The notes beneath the pieces were generated by a model. It was not told where the DNA came from, did not search any database, and saw only the letters and a list, made by a program, of their open reading frames with translations. Shown piece by piece: positions 39,498-49,800 of a stretch of DNA of 64,000 nucleotides. The translations under genes and the position numbers were made by a program. The number at the start of each line of letters is the position of its first letter. Position 1 is the stretch's first letter. This stretch comes from Balanoglossus misakiensis. Lineage: Eukaryota; Animalia; Hemichordata. The stretch lies in NCBI GenBank assembly GCA_040954595.2, contig CM082585.2, positions 3,936,902 through 4,000,901 of the forward strand, in the 5' to 3' direction.

Positions 39498-40169
39498 ATG
39501 GCTACTTCTCTTGACACCGTCGTTATAACACTGCTTGGTAGAAAAGGTGCCGGTAAAAGTTCAACTGGTAACACAATCCTTGGTGCAGGCAAGCTCTTTG
39601 ATACCAAAAGCCAGTTATCTTCTACCACCAAGAAGACGTCGTGTGAAAGACGAATCGTTGACGGCGTAAATACTGTGGTCATTAATACACCCGGACTATT
39701 TGATACGGATGAACAATCCACGCACGAGTACATTTTGTCGGAGGTTAGAAAAATCCTTGCCTTAGCTAGAGCTCACAGTAACGGCATAGACGCATTCATC
39801 TTAACACTCAATGGTGACGAACGCTTCACAGAAGAGAGTGTCATAAGTATGAAGTTCCTGCAGAAATTATTCGGAGACTCGATGCTCGGATACGTCATTG
39901 TCTTATTCACCAGAAGAGACCAACTTGAAGAAGACGACACGACGTTAGATGAGTTCTTGAAAACGGTGCCCCCATTCCTACAAACAATCATAGCAAAGTG
40001 CGGCGGGCGTGCCATTGCGTTTGATAATACTAGACGCGGCGCCCAAGATCGGTCTCAAGTAAATGAGTTAATGGGTATGATTAGACAAATTCGACGTGTG
40101 CATGGAAACAGGAAATTCACGTACGAAAAAGTTGATAAAGATGATAATAGCACATGTCTCATAACCTAA
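39498..40169 (+). CDS. AIG1/GIMAP protein (223 aa), G3 = NTPG, CaaX CLIT; paralog C3
   Basis: GRKGAGKSSTGNTILG, INTPGLFD, ERFTEE, FTRRD, FDN; ends DDNSTCLIT*. Confidence 0.93.
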   Translation: MATSLDTVVITLLGRKGAGKSSTGNTILGAGKLFDTKSQLSSTTKKTSCERRIVDGVNTVVINTPGLFDTDEQSTHEYILSEVRKILALARAHSNGIDAFILTLNGDERFTEESVISMKFLQKLFGDSMLGYVIVLFTRRDQLEEDDTTLDEFLKTVPPFLQTIIAKCGGRAIAFDNTRRGAQDRSQVNELMGMIRQIRRVHGNRKFTYEKVDKDDNSTCLIT

Positions 40170-40810
40170 CCAGACATCTGTCAGATCACTAAATGAAGCG
40201 AGTTTCACCACATTAAGTCAGTAATTTCATAAATAGAGCACTAATCAGAACAGTCATTAAATATGCAATTTGAAGTTTATTGATAAGAAACTAGCAGAGT
40301 GTTTTAAATACAGTATAAACATGTTAAAACAGTTTGTCTGACCAGTCTCATTAAATTCGGTTAAATTCGAAATTAATTTGTAAGCAGAATTCAAGTACAG
40401 TGTTGAATTAGTATTACAGATGATAAATTACAACAGATGTTATTGAAGAATGCTTGACCTTTCTCCCAGAAGCAGTCGAAATGTACAAGTTCTCCGATTT
40501 CTAGAATGATAAAGTAATTATGGTTCTGTTTAATCAATCATCATCGAACTGATGGCAAAGTGATTAGAACGATCTCATAACATTTTCTGTTATGTTATGC
40601 TTTGTGTAAATTGGTACATGTACGTATATATTTGAGTTGTAACGATTTCAAGGTATCACATTAAACATGTTTAAACCCTGCCCTGGGAAAGCAGTAATGA
40701 GAGATTGATTCTTTGAAATAAATGGATGTAAATCTGACACGTGTGTGAAGACTTCAAAGAAGTCCTTGTATTTAATCGGGATAGTCTATTAGGTTCTATT
40801 TGTAACTTAA

Positions 40811-41000
40811 GGGACCGTTCAGTTTTTTACGGCATTTGAAATCCAATAGGGGAGGCATCTTTTTTTGAAACGTTAAGAGGGGGGTCACAAACTTTTGCCC
40901 CCCCCCCCCACTTTTTGCTTTTGAGTCCACAGTCTGTCAAAAGGGGTAATCATTTTTTGGTAACCACCCCCCCCCCCCGCCGTAAAAAATGAACGGTCCC
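40811..41000. mobile_element. PIF/Harbinger-like MITE
   Basis: TIR GGGACCGTTCA(G)TTTTTTACGGC..GCCGTAAAAAATGAACGGTCCC flanked by TAA on both sides. Confidence 0.75.
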
Positions 41001-41074
41001 TAAAAGTTGACAAAAACGAAGGCATGGTTTATTAGCGACTAGCATTTATCCACGTGACGTAATCCACCTTTTGC

Positions 41075-42052
41075 ACAGGCCCGAACGAATAAGAAAGTTT
41101 TCCGCTTGACTCTGTAGATCATATCGACTGTTTGTTCTAAAATATCTATGGTTGCTTCTAAACACCGTCTCGTTATTTGCATATTCCGTTGTGATGCGTA
41201 GAACACACAGGTCCGAGCGAATAAGAAAGTTTTCCGTTTGTAGACTCTGTAGATCGACTGTTTGCTCTAAAATATCCATGGTTGCTTCCAAACATTGTCT
41301 CGCTATTTGCATATTCCGTTGTGATGCGTAGAACACACAGGTCCGAGCGAATAAGAAAATTTTCCGGTAGACTCTGTAGATCGACTGTTTGTTCTAAAAT
41401 ATCCATGGTTGCTTCCAAACATTGTCTCGCTATTTGCATATTCCGTTGTGAAGCGTAGAACACACAGGTCCGAGCGGATAAGAAAGTTTTCCGTTTGTAG
41501 ACTCTGTAGATCGACTGTTTGTTCTAAAATATCAATGGTTGCTTCCAAACACCGTCTCGTTATTTGCATATTCCGTTGTGATGCGTAGAACACACAGGTC
41601 CGAGCGAATAAGAAAGTTTTTCGTTTGTAGACTCTGTAGATCGACTGTTTGTTCTAAAATATCCATGGTTGCTTCCAAACATCCTCTTGTTATTTGCATA
41701 TTCCGTTGTGATGCGTAGAACACACAGGTCCGAGCGAATAAGAAAGTTTTCCGGTAGACTCTGTAGATCGACTGTTTGTTCTAAAATATCCATGGTTGCT
41801 TCCAAACACCGTTTCGTTATTTGCATATTCCGTTGTGATGCGTAGAACACACAGGTCCGAGCGAATAAGAAAGTTTTCCGTTCGTAGACTCTGTAGATGG
41901 ACGGTTTGTTCTAAAAAATCCGTGGTTTGCTTCCAAACACCGTCTGGTTATTTGCATATTCCGTTGTGATGCGCAGAACACACAGCCCCGAGCGAATAAG
42001 AAAATTTTCCGGTAGACTATGTAGATCGACGATTTGTTCTCAAATATCCATG
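41075..42052. repeat. 127/130-bp tandem repeat, ~7.5 units
   Basis: Unit tatttgcatattccgttgtgatgcgtagaacacacaggtccgagcgaataagaaagttttccg..actctgtagatcgactgtttgttctaaaatatccatggttgcttccaaaca; edge units more degenerate. Confidence 0.95.
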
Positions 42053-42625
42053 GTAGAAAGAGTTTTGTCAGATACTCGCGTTTTATCTGATAGTCGCCGT
42101 ACAGGCGTATATGAGGTCGTGTGAATAGTACCAGGAAGCAATATATGTCCGATTCCACTGATGTGCCATATATCGTGTGTTCAAAGTGAAACTCAATTCT
42201 TTTCATGGTGGTGCTTAACCTTGTCGGCCGCACATACTTATGATCACAACAGTGCGGACGCAGATATGCGTTTCTTCCGTAGTTGCTAAGAAGGCATTTG
42301 CAAATGTATAGGTTTCGACATAGACCCAAGAGATCTGGCCGATTGTTTAGAGGTCGTCTGAGGACACATATCACCCGTTCATATCTTTCCATCATAAAAA
42401 TATAGGTACGGTAACCGGTTCTCATCATTTTTCTTTACTTAATTGAACTATCAACCATTGGATTTATACGTAATAATTTAAGCGCTTATTTAACCCACTT
42501 TAAAAATGAGAACAGGCGGAGGCATAGGCGGACAGACAGGCCCTCGACGCCCCCACAGTTCATATAGATATGGACCCTTTGTTTCTCCGACCATACAGAG
42601 TTAACGGTGCATGTAGCATTTAGGC

Positions 42626-42852
42626 TAGACTTGCTCCAAGTCTATGGGCTGTGTAGGGAACGTGTCGGCCCATACGCTACCCGAAACCACAAGCTCAGTC
42701 GCAAATTCGAAACTCGCCTCACTACCAAAAACACGCTAAAGGCAAGCATGCACGCAAAAAGTATTGAAATTATTTATTAAGACAAAAAAAACACCGAAAA
42801 CACAAAAAGTATTGAGATTTAAAAATCACCAAGCGACTAGTGGGCTAGTCTA
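42626..42852. mobile_element. Short AcademH-like non-autonomous element
   Basis: Ends TAGACT..AGTCTA; 9-bp TSD catttaggc (42617-42625 / 42853-42861). Confidence 0.65.
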
Positions 42853-43964
42853 CATTTAGGCCTACCCTTGGTTTACGAAAATGAGTACACGTATTAGGCC
42901 TAAGAGACAAAATGATTCATAGTGACCTCAGGACAAAATGCCCACGTCCATACAAACTTGGCTTCCCAAGCAAATAAACATTGTCACGGAGTGTAAAAGC
43001 CTTTATCCTTATCTACGTGAAAGGCCCCATCAATCTCATTAGCCTACAATTGCCCACATGGTCCGAACCTCATGGAACAGTGTGCATTTAGCTATTTCCC
43101 GCTCTACCATCTACAGCCCATTTGATTTAGAGGTGCCTACCTTTGTGTTTAAAGCAATCTGACCAATAGTTTTCGAGCTTTAACCATTTTCGATTCTTTT
43201 TCGCTCATTTTCGGATGTTTGACAGAGACAACTACATTCGAACATAATCCAGTATGTGAACTCCAAATACCAATGTATGTGGATCAGCTCTCAAGTTGTT
43301 GTAGTAGGCATGCAGAGAGACAGACAAGCAGACAGACGACACACAGACACACACGCAGACTGACAAACAAATGTACACATGCACCCTAAATATGAGTGCA
43401 TATGCAAGTTTTAACCAGATAAATAATAAAGCTTTGCCGCAAGCGAATATGGCCACCACCGTGTGAAAAAGGAAGGTAGATCAGGGCTGTTGCATACATG
43501 ATTCCAAATGTGTAGTTGCCATGTGATCAGTTGAATCTATTTTGGTTTTTGACTACTCTTGTGGAAAATTATATGGCTGCCAGGACACAATTAGAAATTA
43601 AAGTAATTCGGTGTATTGAAAGACGCATTAGCACATTAGAGCGCCTAGCTCGTCCCACACGCATGTTCAAACTGTAGCTGCTGGTTACAGACGTTTAGTG
43701 AACAGTCAATTCCATAAGGCAGAGCTTCGTCCTAACAACATAGAAGATGGCGGCGACCATAATATGTGTCGGAGATCGGGAAAATACACTACATTGGGTG
43801 AAAAGAAGGGAAATGTGGAAGGAAGCGAAGGCAGTCCACTATTTGAATGCATCGAACGGAAAATTTGCTGGGAAGTTACGCACATGCGTGTGAGACGATC
43901 TATTGCCTTTAAGCTTTGCACTTTTCATTCGACCTTTGGATTGGGTCGAGCCACAGGTCGAGCA

Positions 43965-44692
43965 TTATTTATTCCAGAAGCAGTCGTGGCACTGATGTTT
44001 ATAGCCTTCTCGTCTGTAGTAGGTTCCTTCCAGAAACACAAAGGTCTTGTGACCACGGATATTCTTTTCTTTGATGACGTTCCAATTTGTAGCTGGTGGG
44101 AGATGCTTTTTACATTGACAGCAAATAGCACCACCTGCTTCTGAAGGCACCTTCGAATAATAAGAGAATTGTGCTGAATACATTTTAGATGACGAGTGTA
44201 ACCAACCCCGACTGTGTCATGAAGTATTAAATATGAACCTCCCATACATTAAAATAGCATTGATATTGGCCTAATATACTCCAGTCAGATATAATTATAA
44301 TTACAATTAAAGCTGCAAGCAGCATTAACGGAGCCCAAGCGCCATTGGCTGGTCTGGAATTACATATGCACATGCACATAATTAATTATTAAACACATGA
44401 TGCTCTACCAGGTGTTTTATCCAATGCAATAACACGACTGTATTTATTTTTGGTGCTCAGATACGGGAAAGTAGGTCAAGGGTCACTCATGGTCAGCCAA
44501 AATTTTATCAAAAATGTTCGGCCCATTCTGGCCAATGTCCAACGAAAACCAAACTTCTAACACTAACGGTTAGCTTGAAAGTTCTAGCTGCCGTAGTGAG
44601 CAACAACTTACTGTCTTTGCTGCAGCCATTATTTCTCCAACAGCTGCTCTAGCAATGGCACCAGCAATTGCTCCACCAATTATAGCAGCCAT
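43965..44692 (-). CDS. Uncharacterised 88-aa protein (exons 44692-44612 and 44150-43965): Gly/Ala-rich N-terminal helix plus CCxC..CxxC domain
   Basis: MAAIIGGAIAGAIARAAVGEIMAAAKT|GTAAGT (phase 0); acceptor ttctcttattattcgaAG; then VPSEAGGAICCQCKKHLPPATNWNVIKEKNIRGHKTFVFLEGTYYRREGYKHQCHDCFWNK*. Acceptor just upstream of the ATG and a candidate 5'UTR donor at 46006-46011. Confidence 0.65.
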
Positions 44693-46834
44693 AACGGATT
44701 CAGTTCTGCTTAAAATGAAATATGGGAAATGATATTATATAGAAACTGGGAATGATCCCTCGTACACGAGGCTGTTTACCAGACACCAAAAAAAGAGAAA
44801 TGTCTCCACTATTTTATCTTTCTTGATATATAGCTAAGGAAATGTTGGCCCAAGTACAAATAAAAGGCACAGCAAAGACAATCAACAAAGACCACAAAAC
44901 AACGTCAATTCCGTGTAAGAAAGCTATATAGTCTCCTCACAAGAAGAACAGGAAGAGTATCCTGCCCCACATGTGACACCCGTCAAATATCATACTCTAA
45001 ATAACACAATCACAGATGAACGCAAAAATGGTAGTTCTTGCCCGTGTGCCTTTGTCATATCTGTGTCTGAAATGACAATGCACACGATTTTGTCTCTTCC
45101 TACGTATTCTATGATAGAAGTTTGTGCGTAATGAGCTTGCAATCAGGACACAATTAACGATTAAATGGTAGGTAGCATTTTCGTTTTCACTTGTAATGTC
45201 CTGTGGATGAGACGACCTCGCTTTTCTAACTGCGCTGGTATGTGTACCACTAACCTATCGTCGATGGCCACTTTTTTTTCTGAAATTTCCAAAAAGTCTG
45301 TCATACACTTGCATAACAATCTCAGTTTATATTGGTAAATGGAAGAAATACAAAACCAGATATAATAAAACGAAAATCTCATTGGTTAATTAAAATCATG
45401 TGGTCACTGCGTTCTATATTGAGACAAATTTCGTATTTGTTCATAGACAAACATTGGTAAAAAATGAAGAGTCGGCATTTTTTTTTCTATTTTCGACTAA
45501 ATTCATGGCTCTGTATATCAAAAACAAGCGCGGGGACCCCCATATTTTATTACGGATTTTCATTATGCATACAAAGGAGAACCCAAAAATCCACAATTAA
45601 AAAAAATGACATTACTTTCAATTTTGACGAACGGGATTAGGTGTGAATGTATTAGGGACCGGAACCACCACCGCCTAAAAAAAAACCTGACAGTGTAACT
45701 ATTTCCATATGATTTTAAATTCCTATAAATGTATTCACATATTGGTTCTCGTGACAGCCTTCACACATGGGTTGGCTAGGACAAGTGTACCAAAGCTTAT
45801 CTGGCCAAACCGCGTGAATTAAAGAGTCCCTGACAGAAGTAAGATTGAAATGCGGTTCATTTTTTTTCGGATACTGAGTCATAGTCCATTGTCACAGGCT
45901 GATTGTGTAGTATGAAACGCGTAGTAGATAGTGGTTTCTAGTCTTGCAATATAGAAAGCTATATCTTGAGGGAAAAGCAAGCACACGGCTTATGAATGGA
46001 AGTGTAACTTACCAATGATGTAAAAGTATAGACATAGGGCCTACACAGTTTCACCAGGCGCACTGAAAATACCTTGCACGTACCGTATATTTATTATACA
46101 CAATAGTCAAGATATAGCGTGATTTCTCTTACCCAATACAAACTTTATAACTTGTTTACTTCGCTATTTGCTAGAGAGGTTCATTGGCCGATTCCTATCA
46201 GGAATTCAGGCAGGAAGCGGGCCAGTGAGGCTGGGTGCCACAACAGGTCAAGAAAAAGTGCCGAAAGCACCAGCGAAGCTTTGATCACGGGCGGTCCCTC
46301 CGCACAACAGGAACGGGCTTTTATAATGCCCTGCCCGAGAACTGTGCCCAGATACTCTCGGTAATCCACACTCCAACTTTTTCGGCGTTGCCGCACAGTC
46401 ATGTCACCGCTCGGAAAAAATTGCTGCCACGGTTGGTGAAGAAATACCCAATTCCTCCACCCCCCCCCCCCACCCCCCCCCCCCCCCGAAAATCAAACGG
46501 TCCACCCCAATAAATTGCAGTTCAGGTGAGGTCATCTGAGGTCCACAAAGTATCGAGAAAATGGACAAATTTTACACGATGACACTTTCCGAAGAGGCCT
46601 CTTTGTACTTTCTCTGCAAGATGATTAGTCCCTTTGTAGAAAAGAAGTGGCATTTTATACAAATAGTCACGATATCATTGTATTTTCGGCGAATTATCAG
46701 ACCACTGACGTACGGCGCAGCAGCGACGACTGCGCTTGCAAAGGGGCGTGGTCGCGCAGGGGTTAAAGTTCACCGAATGAGTTCACCCATGGTCACTGTG
46801 TTTTACCGTAGCACCTGCAGACTTGTCTACGAAG

Positions 46835-49800
46835 ATGGCACCTAATTTAGATCTTGGTTACTGGGGTCAGACGACATCAACATTGGATTGGTGTGAAGAA
46901 AACTATTTTGTTACATCCTACATAGCTGAGTTTTGTAAGTGTGCTTTCGATTTCTAGTTATAACTTGAACATGCTTGGGGGTTCGCTCCCGGTGCTTGCT
47001 CCAAGTCCAAACAAACCAAGCAAGCTCGACCGTGGTTCCAACCTGAGTGTACTCTTAGCCTCCAGCCGTGATAGACTCTAGGAACCCGAACACGTACACA
47101 AGCTGACATAAAATTATTTGGAGTAGCCGATAAAGGCGGTTGTATATCGGGCCGTTTACCTGAGTGCGTTTTCCTGAGAGAGAGAGAGAGAGAGAGAGCT
47201 AGAGAGAGAGAGAGAGAGGGGGGGGGGGGGGATGAGACAGAGAGAGTTTGTGTGTGTGTGTGTGTGTGTGTTATAATGATCAGTCTGGAATACCAGTCAG
47301 ACTTTATATACATTCTACTGACATTAGAACTTGTTTTGGAATGAAACAAAAATAAAGTTTCCTGGTGATGAATGGTAAGATGTGTGTGAGACGTTTAATC
47401 TAGTATAACCAAAATATTATCTGATATCACTAAGGATCATAACTAGTCATGATACTAAGTTCTAGGCAGTTGCACAAAACCTAACTGCAATGATTGTAGC
47501 TGTGGTACGCAGCTGTACCATGGAGGGGGGGGGGGGGCTGGTAATCAGCCACCCCCCCCCCCCACCCCAAAACGGTACTGCTGCGTACCACGGCTACAAT
47601 GATGGGTGCTGCTTGCGGGTTGAGTGGTCACTCAACCCGCTAGCAGCACCCGCTACAATCATTGTAGCTACACAAAACCCATATGCTATTGGTTACTGGG
47701 TTGTTGAAAAGGGGGAAAACTGCTTTCATCATTCATGTTTAGTTTTTCATTTTCACCTTGCTGTTAGGCACCTGCACTAGCTTGATTCCATTGGCGGCCT
47801 GGGCAACCATGTCTCTCCCTAGTTAGGTTAGGCTTTAAAATAACACTCCCACATGAATAATATACAAGTACCTTCTTTTCTGCTGTGATAAAGTATTTAA
47901 TGAATTTCATTCATTTTATAATTTTTGCAGGGAATACAGTCAGCAATCTAGCCATGATACTGCCTCCATTAGTAGCTGTGATATGTGGACTGATTGATGG
48001 TTTGGAAACAAGATATATTATGTCGTATATAGCCTTACTTGGTAATTTACTATATAATATGAGGTTATTACGAAAATACCGCAAAGTATGCACGAGGACA
48101 TTAGCGCCAAGTATCGCCCGACGCGTAGCGGAGGGCGATGCGCTGCGCTAATGTCCGAGTGCATACTTTGCGGTATTTTCGTAATAACCTTATTATTATA
48201 CACCTTACATCTCCGTTAGTTCTTGTGTTGCATGTTACTTGGCTTTCAAAAACGCCCAAAATGCCGATACAATCGATCGAAAACCGCTCAGTTGACTCAG
48301 TGAGCAGCCATCTTTCTTTTTTGTTTACGTGTGCGCACGTGCGTTGGAGTGGGGGCGCCTTGAAACCGTCCGCATAACAACGCATACCTGTACACGGTGA
48401 GTTAGGGCGCCTTGAAACCTAAAACTTATTTAACGCGCGTTCCGTACGTACCGTTCCGTACGGCTTTTTATTGCACGCCAAAATCTATTGTTCTCGGCTC
48501 TAGATGTATAATAATATATATAATGCAATTTAGTGTCCCCGTCCTCCCATAGGAACTGACATATAGGCCCCTATCTGTGTTTTACCACTGTACTAGTGCA
48601 GCCATTCCTCAGAAATGCCGAGACCAATTTTGTTAAAACTTGGTAGGACATTGTTTATGATGTACACACCAGTAATTATGTACTTATTGCCACATCATCC
48701 AGGGTGGCCATTTGTGTATGGTTTCCATGTCCTCAGACATTACTCAGACATGCCTGAAGTGACTTGATTCAGACATACTTATATACCTGAAATCATGATG
48801 CAGATCATGCATGTTGATTTGTATTGTGATAATAGAAAAAAATTTAAAAAAATTTACTTGTACTAATTTGTTTTAACAGAAGTCTACATTCTTTTTCTTT
48901 AGTTGTTGGCGTTGGCTCATGGTTTTTCCATATGACATTGCTATATGAAATGCAGGTATGTGCTGTAGTATTATTAATAGAGCTACTGCCATAATTTATT
49001 TAATTCCTGCTATGGGATGCATTCACAGCTGTGTTATTATGCCCTGCACAAAATGGAAACTTTCGATATCAGATTACAAAATGAACATTTGCTATTCTTT
49101 CTCTTTTCCTCTACAGTTGCTTGATGAAATTCCTATGATTTGGGGAAGTTGTGTTTTTTTGTATTCTATGTAAGTATATGTGATGTAGCATACATGGTTG
49201 TTTAAATAAGCTAAAATAGCTAGACATACGGTATGCAGTGAAACCTGTCAATTAAGGACACCACTGGGATCAGAAAATGTATTCTTAACAGAAAGGTGTC
49301 CTTGATACACAGGTTATATTTTATTCAAACCATGACTTTTGTCTTGAAAAATCTGTTCTTAGTAGAGAGGTGTCCTGATTATAGAAGTGTCTGTTATACC
49401 AGGTTTCACTGTACTTGAATAATGCAATTTTATTTTACAAGTATAACATTGTTGGATGATTTCTTGTGTTCTAAGTAATGAGTATCAATTCAAGAAAACA
49501 ACAGAATGAAAAAAAGAGATTTTCTTATGTTAGTCCCATTGAAATTCATTGGATTGCACATGGAAAAAGGTGGGTCCCTGGCCTAACACCACAGGTCAAA
49601 GGTCAACCAGATGCTATGCTATGGAACAATATACACATATTGACTGGCCATAAGGGCAACTGCATATGTCTTTAACCCAAGGGACTGTTAGGACTGTTTC
49701 CCGAGGCTGAAGGGTGAAAGACGTATGCTGTTGCCTGAAAAGCCAGTCAATATGTGTTTTGTAACACACCTCATCCGCAGCCATGCATAAGAACTCACCA

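Noticed and set aside
22810-40015. Antisense ORFs over GIMAP exons (22810, 24136, 24487, 28856, 35108, 39380, 39773)
   Set aside because: Shadows of the sense coding sequence with no independent motifs.
41046-42428. Tandem array as CRISPR or as a coding repeat
   Set aside because: No unique spacers, no cas genes, eukaryotic context; 127/130-bp units shift frame.
43925-44245. 106-aa minus ORF and the overlapping 148-aa plus ORF (43698-44144)
   Set aside because: No motifs; the overlapping CxxC..CxxC frame explains the region better.
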